DNA of 64,000 nt from Chiloscyllium plagiosum. Its lineage: Eukaryota. The position numbers and the translations under genes are program-made. Shown here in pieces: positions 50,088 to 62,191 of the stretch (positions are counted from its first letter, which is position 1; every line of letters begins with the position of its first letter). The notes beneath the pieces are model-generated. The model searched no databases. It saw only the letters and a program-made list of their open reading frames with translations, and had not been told where the DNA came from. The DNA is taken from positions 19,368,535-19,432,534 of the forward strand of contig NC_057751.1 of NCBI RefSeq assembly GCF_004010195.1, read 5' to 3'.

Positions 50088-53000
50088 ATTTTTAAAAAAT
50101 ATATTTCTATTGAAAAAATTTTAATATTAAAACAAATACAAAATAATACAATTCAAAACAATACAAAGAACACAAGTTTTAAAAAAAAACCCAAACTGCC
50201 CTCATGTAAAATGTATAAAAACATATTTTAAACCCAACTAACTACTTAATAAATAATAACTAACAACAAACTAATAATAATACAGCTCAGCAAAACAAAA
50301 CACTAACTCTTGAATATAGAGAGCATTCATATGTTCACAGTTCCCCTGTCTGGATATTGGACTCGTAACGCACAAATGTTATGGCTATATAAAAGCCCTT
50401 ATTAGTGTGGCAGACAAATCTGTGTCCAAGTGGTCCAAAAAAGGCTGCCATGTCTTATAGCAATTCTCAGTTTTGTGGTGTACCGTACTTGTAAGAAAAT
50501 CCAAGGGGATATACTCCATAACAATCTTCGGCCAACCCGACAGGCCCGGAGGATTTTCGGACAACCTAACGATATTCTTTCTTGTGCAGAAAGTGAGGAT
50601 GTTAAAAAGTTTTTTTTTTCTTATGCGGGTCTAAAGGGGACACACTGGGTAGGCCAAGAAGAAGACAGATCGGGTCCTTCTCCACCCTTACACCCAAAAT
50701 CCCCTCCATTGCACCTGCCACAGTGCTCCAGTATGTTTTAAGCCTGCCATGGGGCCAGAGATAATGGGTAAGAGTACCTGTACCAACTTTATACTTGGGA
50801 CATGTTGAAGATACCCCTGGTTTAAATTTTGATAATCGATCCAAGCCAAATGGACGCTGTGGAGAATCTTCAACTGTAAAGCATAGGTCCTTTTGCAAAT
50901 TGATATCTTTCTTGCATTTTCCCAAATATCCTCCCATGCCTCTGAGGAGACTTCAACTCCTAGCTCGCTCTCTCCCACACCCTGCAAAGCTGATTGAACT
51001 CATCTGAGGGGCCGGCTCTCCCCTCTTTCCCCCCCCCCCCCCCCCCCCAGTTGATGATATCAAGTGCAGACAGAAAGTGATTTGTAGGGATCAGTCAAAG
51101 TCGTTTTTTTTTATAAAATCCCTAACTTAAAAAATGAGGTCCTTGCTACGTAGTTCATATTTCCACGCTAACTGATCAAAAGACATCATTGTGTCTCCCT
51201 CAAATAAATCACCCATGCAAGACACACGCCTAGCTGCCCAATGTTTGAATCCTGAATCCATCACCCCAGTTGAAAATCCGACATACCCACTATAGGTTTA
51301 AGAAAAGATGTTTTGCCAATATTGCCTTCCCTCTGCCAAATTGCCCTCTATGCTTTTAACAGTATTGATAACTATTGGGTTATGGCAATATTCCCTAACT
51401 GTCCTCATTTTGTCCAAAAACAGCAAGCTAGTAAGAGGGCACTTTGCCTGAGAGGTTTTGATATCTAACCATATTGAAAGGGGGTGCCCACAAGCCCAAT
51501 CACTCATGTAAGATAAAAGCTGAGGTGATAGTTTTTGTTGTCTGGGAGATTCCACCCCCACCCCAGTCTGTGAGGCAATTCCAGTTTAGCTAATTTAATA
51601 AAGGGCTGCTTACCGTGTCAAATAAAAGCTGAAACCAGCCATTCAGTTTCTTCAACGTTTGCTTATCGAAAATAAGATACAACAAACAGTGACGAATATT
51701 CATCTTAAGAGCTATCTGACCTAACCATGAGACTGGAAGCACCTCTCATTTTGAAGGTCTTGTTTGATTTTGTTGAATAATTGAACAAAATTAGCTTTAA
51801 ACAACCAATCAAGAACTGGAGTGATGAATATGCCAAGATACATAAAACTCCCCTGTGACCACTTAAATGGGAATTGAGATTCACCCTCAAGACCCAGCAC
51901 CTTTGTAAGACCACCCATAGGTATGGCCTCTGATTTTGCAAAATTAATCTTGTACCCTGAAAAGGTGCCAAACGAGCTGATGCATTGTATCAGGCGGGGA
52001 ACCGAAACTGCTGGATTTGACAAAAAAAGTGAGGGCGTTGTCCACGTACAACAAAATCTTATGTAATTTTGACCCCACTTCTGGAGCTGGGCAGCACAGT
52101 GGTTAGCACTGCTGCCTCACAGCGCCAGAGACCCAGGTTCAATTCCCGCCTCAGGCGACTGACTCTGTGGAGTTTGCACATTCTCCCCGTGTCTGTGTGA
52201 GTTTCCTCCCACAGTCCAAAAAATGTGCAGGTTAGGTGAATTGTTCATGCTAAATTGCCCGTAGTATTAGGTAAATGTAGGGGAATGGGTCTGGGTGGGT
52301 TGCGCTTCAGCGGGTCGGTGTGGACTTGTTGGGCCGAAGGGCCTGTTTTCACACTAAGTAATCTAATCTACATTGGGATCCCTACAAATGGCCTTTATCA
52401 GTGCTTTTTACATTGGTGATTGAGCCAATGACGAAAGGGGACAGCCCTCTCGGCTGCCCCTAAAAATGCTAAAATTGCTGAATTGTACCCCATTGGTGAT
52501 GACTGCAGCGAGAGGGTCACTGTAGAGAACCTTTACCTATCTTCTAAAGGCTTCACCCAAGCCAAACTGCACCAGAGTATAAAAAGGTACGGCCACTCAA
52601 CTTGGTCAAATGCCTTCTCTGCATCTACAGAAAACATCAATCCCTGTATTGACTGTTGTTGACACACTTGAATTATATTAAGCAGCCTCCTAACGTTGTT
52701 GGAGGATCTGCGGCCCTTTATGAAGCCTGTCTGGTCCCCTTTAACAATAGAAGGTAACAGTCTCCAGCCTTAACGCAAGAGTCTTAGATAGGATTTTAAA
52801 GTCAACACTTAAGAGTGAAATGGGCCTGTATAAAGCACAGTCCTCTGGGACCTTCCCTTTTTTAAGAATAAGCAAAATATTGGCCTCTCTTAGCTGGCAG
52901 GAGACAACCATGACCGTACGAGACGTTGAACATCGGGCCTGACAATATGCTTATAAATTCCGTAAAATTCGCTGGGAAGTCCATCCAATCTGGGGCCTTT

Positions 53001-55998
53001 ACACTCTGAAGCTGCGTCACACCCTCCTGTACCTCTTGCTCTGATAAGGGGGCATTGAGAAAAGACTTTTGTTCGAGGGTCACTCCCGGAAGCTCCAGAT
53101 CCTTGAAAAAGGACTCCATCTTGACTCACCCCTCCTCCCAACCCTCAGATTGGTATAGTTCAGAGTAAAATCTCTAAAATGCCGCATTAATCTTTTTGGA
53201 ACCACATTAGGTTCCCAACCCTTTCCCTAATTGATGTAATGGCTTGAGGGGCACTTCTTGTTTTTCTCTCGTGGCGAGATACGCTAGGTGGTTGCCCGGT
53301 TTGTCACCATACTCATACAACCTTCGTTTTGCGAAAGTAAGCTCCTTCGTTGCTGTCTGTGTGAGCACAGAATTCAATGCAGACCACAGTACTGTAATCC
53401 TCTGTAGCTTGGCCAACAAAGGCCTGTCAAAGTAGGCCTTCTCAGCTGCCTTCAACTGTGCTTCAAGAAGACATTGCTGCTCACCCTTCTGCCGCTGCTT
53501 ATGGGCAGAGTAGGAGATAACTCACCCCCTGGCATAGGCTTTGGCAATTTCCCAAAGGACGGATGGGCTACTAACCGAGCCTGAATTAATGTCTAAGAAC
53601 GGCCTAAATTCCTTAGAGAAGTACTCCAAAAACGTATTATCCTTAAGGATAAAGGGATCCATTTGCCAATGCCTCGGTCCCACTATAGCATCCTTAATCT
53701 TAACCAATAGGTACACTGGAGTGTGATCGGAGATGGTAATATTACCAATTGTACAAGATGCCATTAAGTCCAGGGTTGCCACGGGGGTCGGAAAAAAAAC
53801 AATCCTAGTGTGACATCTGTTTGGATTGGGAAAAAAAACATAAAATCCCTGCCTGTAGGGTGGAGACGCCTCCGGATGTCCACCAACCCTAGCTCCACAC
53901 ACTGATCCACTAATTGTTTAGTTTGTACAGAGGGTATCTGGGGTGGTGGGGGTGGACGTGTGCTTTGGGCACCTGTCTACTGTAGGATCCAATTAAAATC
54001 TCCCCCATGATGATATGCTGCGACTCAAGACTGATCAATTTAGAGAAATTTGAGGGGATGTGATGGAGGGCAGTAAACATTTAAAACACCATGTTCTTCC
54101 CTGTTTATTAGGGCTTTGAGGATTACAAACCTCTCATGTGTCTTTAACACACTCTAGTAACTTAAATGGGTGATTCCTCCTAACCAATATAGCCACTCCC
54201 CTACTTTTGGTATTAAAAGATGAAAAGTAAACCCAATCAAAACCATTCTGTAGTTTCAAATGCTCCCTATCATCCAAGTGTGTTTCCTGTGATAAAGCAA
54301 TATCCACCTTTTTCCTTTCTAAGATTTGAGTACCTTTTTCCTCTTAATTGGTGAGTGACTCCCCTTGATGTTCCAGGTCCACCATTTAATCAAGTCATTA
54401 ACCATAATCACTTGCAGTGACATTTAGATTCCAGAGAGGAGGAACACAAATTACAAATTGCCGAGCCTTAGTGTCACAAGATCCATCGAACATAAAAAGT
54501 ACATAAACTAAAACCGCTACACTTAACAAACCTACAAAGCTATCAAAGATTATATACAACAAAAACCAAAAAAAACAAACCAACATATAAAGTGCCAATG
54601 GCACTGAATAGGGGAACTCACCCCCTCCCCAAAGGGAGCATCTACCCATCCCAAAAGCCAACTTCCCATCCTGCAGCCAGGGCATTTAACTACTTGAACC
54701 GGGCATAAACTGCCCGTTAGTAGGTATCTAGCCATCCCAACCATTTTCTCTCCTCCTAGCTAGAGCCGCACGCAAACACAAACGGCAAAGAAAGAAAATC
54801 CACCATGGAATAACAATGTGAGCAAAGAAATTTTGAAATATAAAGTAAGTACCCCACCCCTCCTTTTGGTATAACTTAGAAATTGAAAGTAAGCATCCCA
54901 GCCACCTCCAAGCATAGTTTAGACCAGATTGTTACCAATAAAAGAAAAAGGAAAAGAATGCCCTGACTGGAAAGAAAAGTAGAGGCCTACCCAAACAACA
55001 CGACTGTTTGTACCTACTAACTTGTTCAGATTAACTTAACTTGTCCACAAAGTTTCTTGCCTTCTCCAACGTGTTGAAGAGATGTACGGATCCATCTAAG
55101 GCGATCGAAGCACCACTGGATGCCTCAGAGTACTGGATCCTGAGCTCCTTCAGTCTTGTCTTGATGCCATCATAGGATTTTCTTTTCCGGATCACCACCA
55201 CTGAGAAGTCCTGGAAGAACATGATCTTAAAGCACTCGTAAGCTAGAACCTTCAGATCCTTCCCCTGGATTCTGGATGCTTCCATGATTCTCTCCTCATC
55301 TCTAGAAGTGATGAAACCTCACCGAGATAGGATGAGGATGTTGGTCCAGACCTGACCTCCGCACCGTGACCCAGTGAGCCCCCTCAATCTACAAGCTTCT
55401 CATTCCAACTTCCAAGTTAAGGAATTTCGGCAGCCAGTCCTCAATAAGTTCCACTGGTTGCTCGCTTTCATTACCCTCTGGCAGACCAATCCGAATATTT
55501 TTTCTCCTGTCCCTGTTCATGATGTCATCAACCTAGTCGAGCAAGATGCAGGGCTTGGATCCTATTCTTGGAGGGACCGATATCACTGTGACTGCGTTCT
55601 ACCTCATTCGTCCTTTTCTTGAGGTCTCCCAGCTGCTGTTCATACTTCTGCAGCACGATCGAGATCAGGGCCAGCTTCTCCTCTATCGGCATCCCCAACA
55701 TCTCGCAAGATTTCACAAGCTCCTTTACCAGGACCTGGTAGGAAATAGAAACCAAGGATCCTGTAGGCTGAGCTACGGGCCCTGCCTCGGATGTACCTGC
55801 TGCCTTCTTCATCCCTGGACAGCGAAAACCAAGGTAGGTTGCTCTCTAACAGTTTCCTGGGACTCCACGACCTTACCAGAGTCCCAGGATATTGCGGTGA
55901 TCTGAGTAGGGTGGATTAGGACTTAGTCCCGCTTGCGATGTGGTGCAGAGCTCTGCAACGTGATCTTTCTAGATCACAGCCATCTTGGATCCCTCCCA
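50088..55998 (-). mobile_element. Near full-length, decayed L1 LINE (ORF1 + spacer + ORF2)
   Basis: 5' end gggagggatccaagatggc. ORF1 remnants at 55031-55812 (IMFFQDFS...). ORF2 begins at 54405 (MVNDLIKWWTWNIKGSHSPIKRKKV), with endonuclease ISDHTPV, RT motif YVDN near 52040 and C-terminal CPKYKVGTGTLTHYLW. A-rich 3' end near 50090. Confidence 0.92.
52089..52370 (+). mobile_element. V-SINE (HE1-like) inserted in L1 ORF2
   Basis: Same family as the other V-SINEs, with an aatctaatcta tail. Confidence 0.92.
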
Positions 55999-56327
55999 GT
56001 AACACCTTTTCTTCAGGTAGAAAAATGTCCTGAAACACTTGAGGTGCATTAACAAATGTAGCAGAAAATCCCCCTTGTGCGGTGTGAACTGATCCCAGGC
56101 AGGCAGTGGTAGGAGTGTTGTAAATGGCCTCTGTACTCCTTCTGGGAATGAGAAAATGACATCCATTCTATGTTGAACGTGAGTTAAAAGTAGTGTTTGC
56201 AGCACACAAGTGCCAGGCAATGCCCATTTCCAGCAAGGGACAATTTAAATAACCATTGCTCCTCGGCACTCAATGATATTGCCATTGATGTCTCCTCCAC
56301 TATCAACATTCTGTGGATCACTATTGA

Positions 56328-56510
56328 CCCCACCCCCACCCTCCTCTAGCTTATCTCTCCACGCTTCAGGCTCTCTGCCTTTATTCCTGATGAAGGGCTT
56401 TTGCCCGAAACGTCGATTTTGCCTGTCCTCGGATGCTGCCTGAATTGCTGTGCTCTTCCAGCACCACTGATCCAGAATCTGGTTTCCAGCATCTGCAGTC
56501 ATTGTTTTTA
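56328..56510 (+). mobile_element. Penelope pLTR insertion inside an older LINE 3' fragment (~56225-57095)
   Basis: pLTR text ...cctgatgaagggcttttgcccgaaacgtcg...ccagcatctgcagtc interrupts ...ctattgacc|agaagctgaattgg. Confidence 0.82.
56387..56414 (+). ncRNA. Minimal hammerhead ribozyme core
   Basis: CUGAUGA-A-GGGC-UUUU-GCCC-GAAA-CGUC. Confidence 0.72.
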
Positions 56511-57387
56511 CCAGAAGCTGAATTGGACTAGCCATATGAATACGGTGTACAAGAGCAGGTTTAAGATCAAGAATTCTGCTGTAATTCTCCACCTATCTCC
56601 CCAATGCCTGTCCTCTGTCTACAACATACAGGAGTGTAATGGAATATACTCCACTTGTCTGGGTGACTGCCACTCCAATAAAACTATTCGGGACAAAGCA
56701 ACCTAATCTATCAATTCAACATTCACTCTTTCCACAAACGCACAATGGTAGCAGTGTATGCAATGTATAAGGTGCTCTGCATCAACTAGTCAAGGCTTTT
56801 CTGACACCACCTTCTGAACCTGTGACTTCTGCCCTTTCAAAGGATAAGGGCAGCAGACACATGGACACATTACCTTCAGGTTCCCCTCCAAACCCCCCAC
56901 CATCCTGACTTGGGACTATATTGCTGTTCCTTTGCTCGGTCATAATTCTGGTCTCTCTCTCATAGTATTGTGACTGTCTGTACGCCCAATGACTGCAGCA
57001 GTTCAAGAAGGTCACCATCACCACCTTAGGGCAACTGGGATGGGCAATAAATACTGGCCTAGCCAGTGATGCCCACATCCATGAACAAAAATACCATTAT
57101 CTTTAGAATCATAAAATGGTAACAACATCAAAGGAGGCTTTGGAGGAAAAAAATGAAAGCATAAAACCACCACTGCACTGGTATGGGCAGTGACACATTC
57201 TGGTCAGGATTTTGAAAGTAGCAATAGTAAAACCACCGCACCCTCCCCAAGCACTTTGTACTGCTGGTTTTACTTTAATGTGTTTCTGTATCAGTCATCT
57301 GTGGAATTTGAGTATGCAGCAACATTCTGGATTAGTGGTGCTGGAAGAGCACAGCAGTTCAGGCAGCATCCGAGGAGCAGTAAAATT

Positions 57388-57415
57388 GACGTTTCAGGCA
57401 AAAGCCCTTCGTCAG
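57388..57415 (-). ncRNA. Minimal hammerhead core in a short Penelope fragment (~57325-57420)
   Basis: On -: CUGACGA-A-GGGC-UUUU-GCCU-GAAA-CGUC, with a G-U pair closing helix II. Confidence 0.6.
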
Positions 57416-57550
57416 GAATACAGGCTGACTTGGACAGTTTACAATCCACAGGACTCTTCGTATCTTTAACATTGTATCTATCCTGTGTACCTTTATCAAC
57501 CACCAAGTTTGTTCAAATAGTTTTAAAAAATACAATTCACTGACTCCTAG

Positions 57551-58074
57551 TATGACGATGCTGTCACTTTTTAAACAAGGTGATTTTGTTCTTGGGTTTT
57601 TGAGAGCGGTCATAAAGGCAGAGGTGCTGAGGGGTTTGGAAAGACCCTGCTTGTAAAATTGCAGGGGAGTGGCCAGTTCTCTGTTTGGTTTAGCTGTAGC
57701 AGTCACAAGATAATGAAGTCCAAGAATGATTGAAAACTTCAGATACCTGACTGACTTTCTCTCTGGATGTTGTTCCCTCCTGCCCATAAGAATGTGTTTC
57801 AATTTACCTTTTGCCAAGGGGTGTGTTTATGGAATGTATTGGATTGGAATAGTTCCTTTTGAGTTGCTGTATTGGGTCCAACAGTTAAGTTATTCTAAAT
57901 TCTGTTTTCTTTTGTTAGTGTTTCAACTGTAGTGTTTAAATAAAGCGGAGTGATTTGACCAGCTTCATCACACCTGGAATTTCCACTTCACATCTGCCTT
58001 TAAAAATAAGAAAAAGTTAGGGTCTAGGCTACCTTTTTAAAATATTTTAAGGGAGTCTAGCCTGGTCCATAACA
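57551..58074 (+). mobile_element. Probable solo LTR
   Basis: Ends ...ccataaCA and starts tatga, consistent with a TGTTATG terminus missing 3 nt. ctag on both flanks. AATAAA near 57939. Confidence 0.55.
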
Positions 58075-59797
58075 CTAGCAAATAACCACTGTCATGACTG
58101 ACTGACTTGGGAAAGTGTGCTGATATTTAAGCCCAACTATGCCCAGGGTTGGCACAAACGTAGATTTAATCAAATTACTCAAAGTCTCTAGTTTTCCTGT
58201 CTAAATTCAAGGCAAGAGAAAATGCTGATCAGGTTTCTGTACTTTAAAAGGAATTACTATATATTATAAAGAAAGTTGTGACTGAGGGTCTGGTCACCAT
58301 GCTGACTTGTGCCTTTTGTGGAGAGGCTTTGGAGAGTTTGGGAGGTGAGTTACTCACTGCAGAATTCCCAGAATAATGGTTCTTCTATGGCTTAGAAAAT
58401 CTCTAGTTAGACTTTCAGTTGATTTGGTTTTCCTCTTTCTCTCCACCCCCACCCTCACCTCCCAAAAAAGGATGTTGTGATGCCATTGAATGTAAGAAGG
58501 CGATGGTAACTTTGTTACTTTTTTTCATAATGGCACTGTGAAGCATGAATGATACTTGCCACTTATCCCCAGGTCTTATTGCATGTGACATGGACTGCTT
58601 TGGCTTCATGAATGAAGAAGTCAAACGTCCCCTCCTCTGCCCTTTTTATGTTGAAGGGAAGTCATTGTCGAAATAGCTGAAGGCAGTTGAGCCTAGATAC
58701 TACCCTGAGAAATTCTTGCTGTGGTGTTCTGAGGTTTAAATTGAGCTTCCAACAGCCACAATCAGCTTCCTTTTGTGCAAAGTATGATTTCTTCAATCAA
58801 TAAAGATTTTCCCAGATTCCCACTGACTTCAGATTTTTGCAGGGGCTTCTTTGTTGTCATATTAAGGCAGCATTTGACGGAATGTCAAGGACGGTCACTC
58901 CCACCTCACTTCTGGAATTCATCTCCTCTTATGCATGTTTGTATGAAGACAGTTGTATATTTAAAATGTTGACAGACTAGACCAGTTTGCCTGGGTGTGT
59001 TCATCTTAGAATTTAGCAATACATTTAATAGTGGATACAAACTGTTTTGAGAAACACAATCTATGGTTCACCTATTTTCTGTATTGGCCATAAAAAAGAG
59101 CAATTCAGTTTAATTCTACTTAGTCTCAAGTCCTGTTCAACACATGTATGAGTTTGCGTTTCTACCACCCTTTCAGAGCATGATTTCCAGGACCCCACCC
59201 CCACTACTGATCTGGGTGAAAAAAATTCTCCACTTGCCTCTACCTTCTGCTAATTACATTAAATCATGTCCTTTTGTTATTAACCCTTCTATTAAAGGTC
59301 CTTCCTGAGAATTCTATCCAGGCTGTCAATTTTATGCATTTTAGAAAGCGTCTTCTCTCAGCTGCCTTACAGGGCTGTAGGAATTTAGCATCAACATTTT
59401 TATAAATTTCCTGTGTACTCTCCACACAATTACATCCTTCCTTTTTAATGTATTAACCAGAGTTGTATGCAGCACTCTCGCTGTGGTCTGATTTAGGATT
59501 TCGTTACTGTTTTTCATTGCTCTTGAATTCCACGCCTTAGTTAAAAAGGAAATTTACTTGCCTTTATTCGCCATCTGTCATATGTTACTTCACTGTGCAC
59601 CAACTGAGGTGACTTAGGCCAAATAGCTACTCCGTGGTCTCCAAGATTGTTTGTTTGTTTGTTTGTTTTTATTGTGAAGACAAAGTTGGGTAAAATGCTG
59701 CGTGAATTATTGTTTTTTTTTAAAAGCCTTTGTGCTGTTATGAGCATCAGATGTTTTCTGTACTCGTGTTTGTGCATCAGGTCCAGAACATCCTACT

Positions 59798-59974
59798 AGG
59801 AGAAAGTGAGGTCTGCAGATGCTGGAGATCAGAGTCGAAAGTGGGGTGCTGGAAAAGCACAGCAGGTCAGGCAGCATCCGAGGCGCAGGAGAATCAACAT
59901 TTCGGGCATAAGCCCTTCATCAGGAAGTATACTGCCTAACCTGCTGTGCTTTTCCAGCACACTACGCCCTTCAC
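59798..59974 (-). mobile_element. Penelope-derived fold-back insertion with 15-bp TSD and hammerhead core (59896-59923)
   Basis: TSD ccagaacat(c/g)ctact at 59783-59797 and 59975-59989. Core CUGAUGA-A-GGGC-UUAU-GCCC-GAAA-UGUU. Confidence 0.85.
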
Positions 59975-60019
59975 CCAGAACATGCTACTTCTGGGTATCT
60001 GACCTTTTTTGATCATGTT

Positions 60020-61343
60020 TAAGTTGTTGGAGGGAATCCTGAGGGAAAGGATTTACATGTATTTGGAAAGGCAAGGAATGATTTCGGGATAGTCAATATG
60101 GCTTTGTCTGTGGGAAATCATGTCTCATGAACTTGATTGAGTTTTCTGGAGGATTGATGAGGGTAGAGTGGTGGACGTGATCTGTATGTACTTCAGTAAG
60201 GTGATCAACAAGGTTCCCCATGGGAAACTGGTTAGCAAGGTTAGATCTCATGGAATACAGGGAGAACTAGCCATTTGGATATAGAACTGGCTCAAAGGTA
60301 GAAGACAAAGGGTGGTGATGGAGGATTGTCTTTCAGACTGGAGGCCTGTGACCAGTGGAGTGCCACAAGGATTCGGGCTGGGTCCACTGCTTTTATTTTA
60401 TATAAATGGATTTTGATGTGCACATCAGAGGTATAATTAGTAAGTTTGCAGATGACACCAAAATTGGAGGTGTAGTGGACAGCGAAGAAGGTTACCTCAG
60501 ATTACAACGGGATCTTGATCAGATGGGTCAATGGGCTGAGAAGTGGCAGATGGAGTTTAATTTAGATAAATGCGAGATGCTACATTTTGGGAAAGCAAAT
60601 CTGAGCAGGATTTATACACTGAATAGTAAGGTCCCAGGGTTGTTGCTGAACAAAGAGACTTTGGAGTGCAGGTTCATAGCTCCTTGAAAGTGGAGTTGCA
60701 GGTAGATAGGATAGTGAAGAAGGTGTTTGGTATGATTTCCTTTATTGGGTCAGAATATTGAGTACAGGAGTTGGGAGGCCATGTTGGGGCTGTACAGGAC
60801 ATTGGTTAGGCCACTTTTGGAATATTGTGTGCATTTTTGGTTTCTCTCTCCTATTGGAAGGATGTTGTGAAACTTGAAAGGGTTCAGAAAAGATTAACAA
60901 GGATGTTGCCAGGGTTTGAGGGCTTGGGCTCTAGGGAGAGGCTGAATAGGCTAGGGCTGTTTTTTCTGGAGTTTTGGAGGCTGAGGGGTGACCTTCGAGG
61001 TCAATGAAATGATGAGGGACATGGATAAGGTAAATAGACAAGGTCTTTACCCTGGGGTGGGGGAGTCCAGAACTAGAGGGCATAGGTTTAAGGTGAGAAG
61101 GGAAAAGATTTGAGATCTAAGGGGCAATGTTTTCACACAGGGTGGAACGAGCTGCCAGAAAAAGTGGTGGAGGCTGGTACAATGACAACATTTAAAAGGC
61201 ATGTGGATGGGTATACGAATAGGAAGGGTTTAGAGGGATATGGGCCAAGTGCTGGCAAATAGGACTGATTAGGTTAGGATATCTGGGTTAGCATGGATGC
61301 GTTGGACTGAAGGGTCTGTTTCCGTGCTGTAAATCTGACTCTA
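60020..61343 (+). mobile_element. CR1 ORF2 RT to 3' end, decayed
   Basis: ISKFADDTKIGG, ERVQKRLTRMLPG and a CR1 tail. Confidence 0.92.
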
Positions 61344-61994
61344 AAGGTTCTTCATTCTCAAATGGACAAGCCGTACAGTATATGGATGCCTGCAGGAGTA
61401 GGCAAGTTTCCATTTCTACTTTTTGGATGCAAAGTGTATTAGTTTCTTTTCGTTCTATTTTACTTTGCATTTTCATTTCTTTATGCATTTTTGTTACTAT
61501 TTAGCTCTTTGCTACCATTGCAAGGTTATTTTATTTACTCCAGCATCAAAATGGGCAAGGTGATAATTATTTTGGGAATTCCAATGATTCTCTAACTTGG
61601 AGGAGGAAGGGCAGTTTCTGAGGGATTGAGGAAGGGGAAAGTGCATGACTGTCCTTGCCCCAGGACCACAGTCTACTGCCTGGGCAGTCTTTCCTAGATA
61701 TGTCAGTGAAGATTTATACTTGGCTGTCCTTTGAAGGAGCTGCCACATGTCATTTTCTTGAGTCCAGTTAAGCTGACAGCTGAAGCCATGTTGGAGTCCT
61801 TTTTTTGTACAGACATGTGTTAAGAATTTTAATGCCCTTGAATACCTTCAAGACATACTAAATCAGTCATTATATGCAGACACATGGAGGTTTTGCTTGT
61901 AAAGGAGTTTAAGTTCACCACTTCCTCTGTGGATAGGAGGCTTTAATTTGACAAGACACAGAACGTTCCATGGGCATCGGGGTTTACAAGGATA

Positions 61995-62191
61995 CAGTTG
62001 GTTCTGCTATAACATTTGTTTCTTCAACGCGAATTGGTTATAAGGCGATTGAAGAATTTAGACCATTATTTGTAGCGCACAAACTTTCTTTACCTGTATT
62101 GGCTAAAATGTGACTCCGGTCCCATTGGTTTAAATGGTGCTGCTATTACACAATTTTCTTAACACAGGATCATACAGGAACAGAACTATTG
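61995..62191. mobile_element. Second MITE copy (reverse orientation), truncated by the Tx1 tail
   Basis: TA+CAGTTGGTTC start; aligns in reverse to 37082-37291; the far TIR is missing. Confidence 0.78.

Noticed and set aside
61547..61595. ATGGGCAAGGTG (MGKV...) as an RBMS-family first coding exon
   Set aside because: Similarity is limited to four residues and the frame stops after 14 codons.
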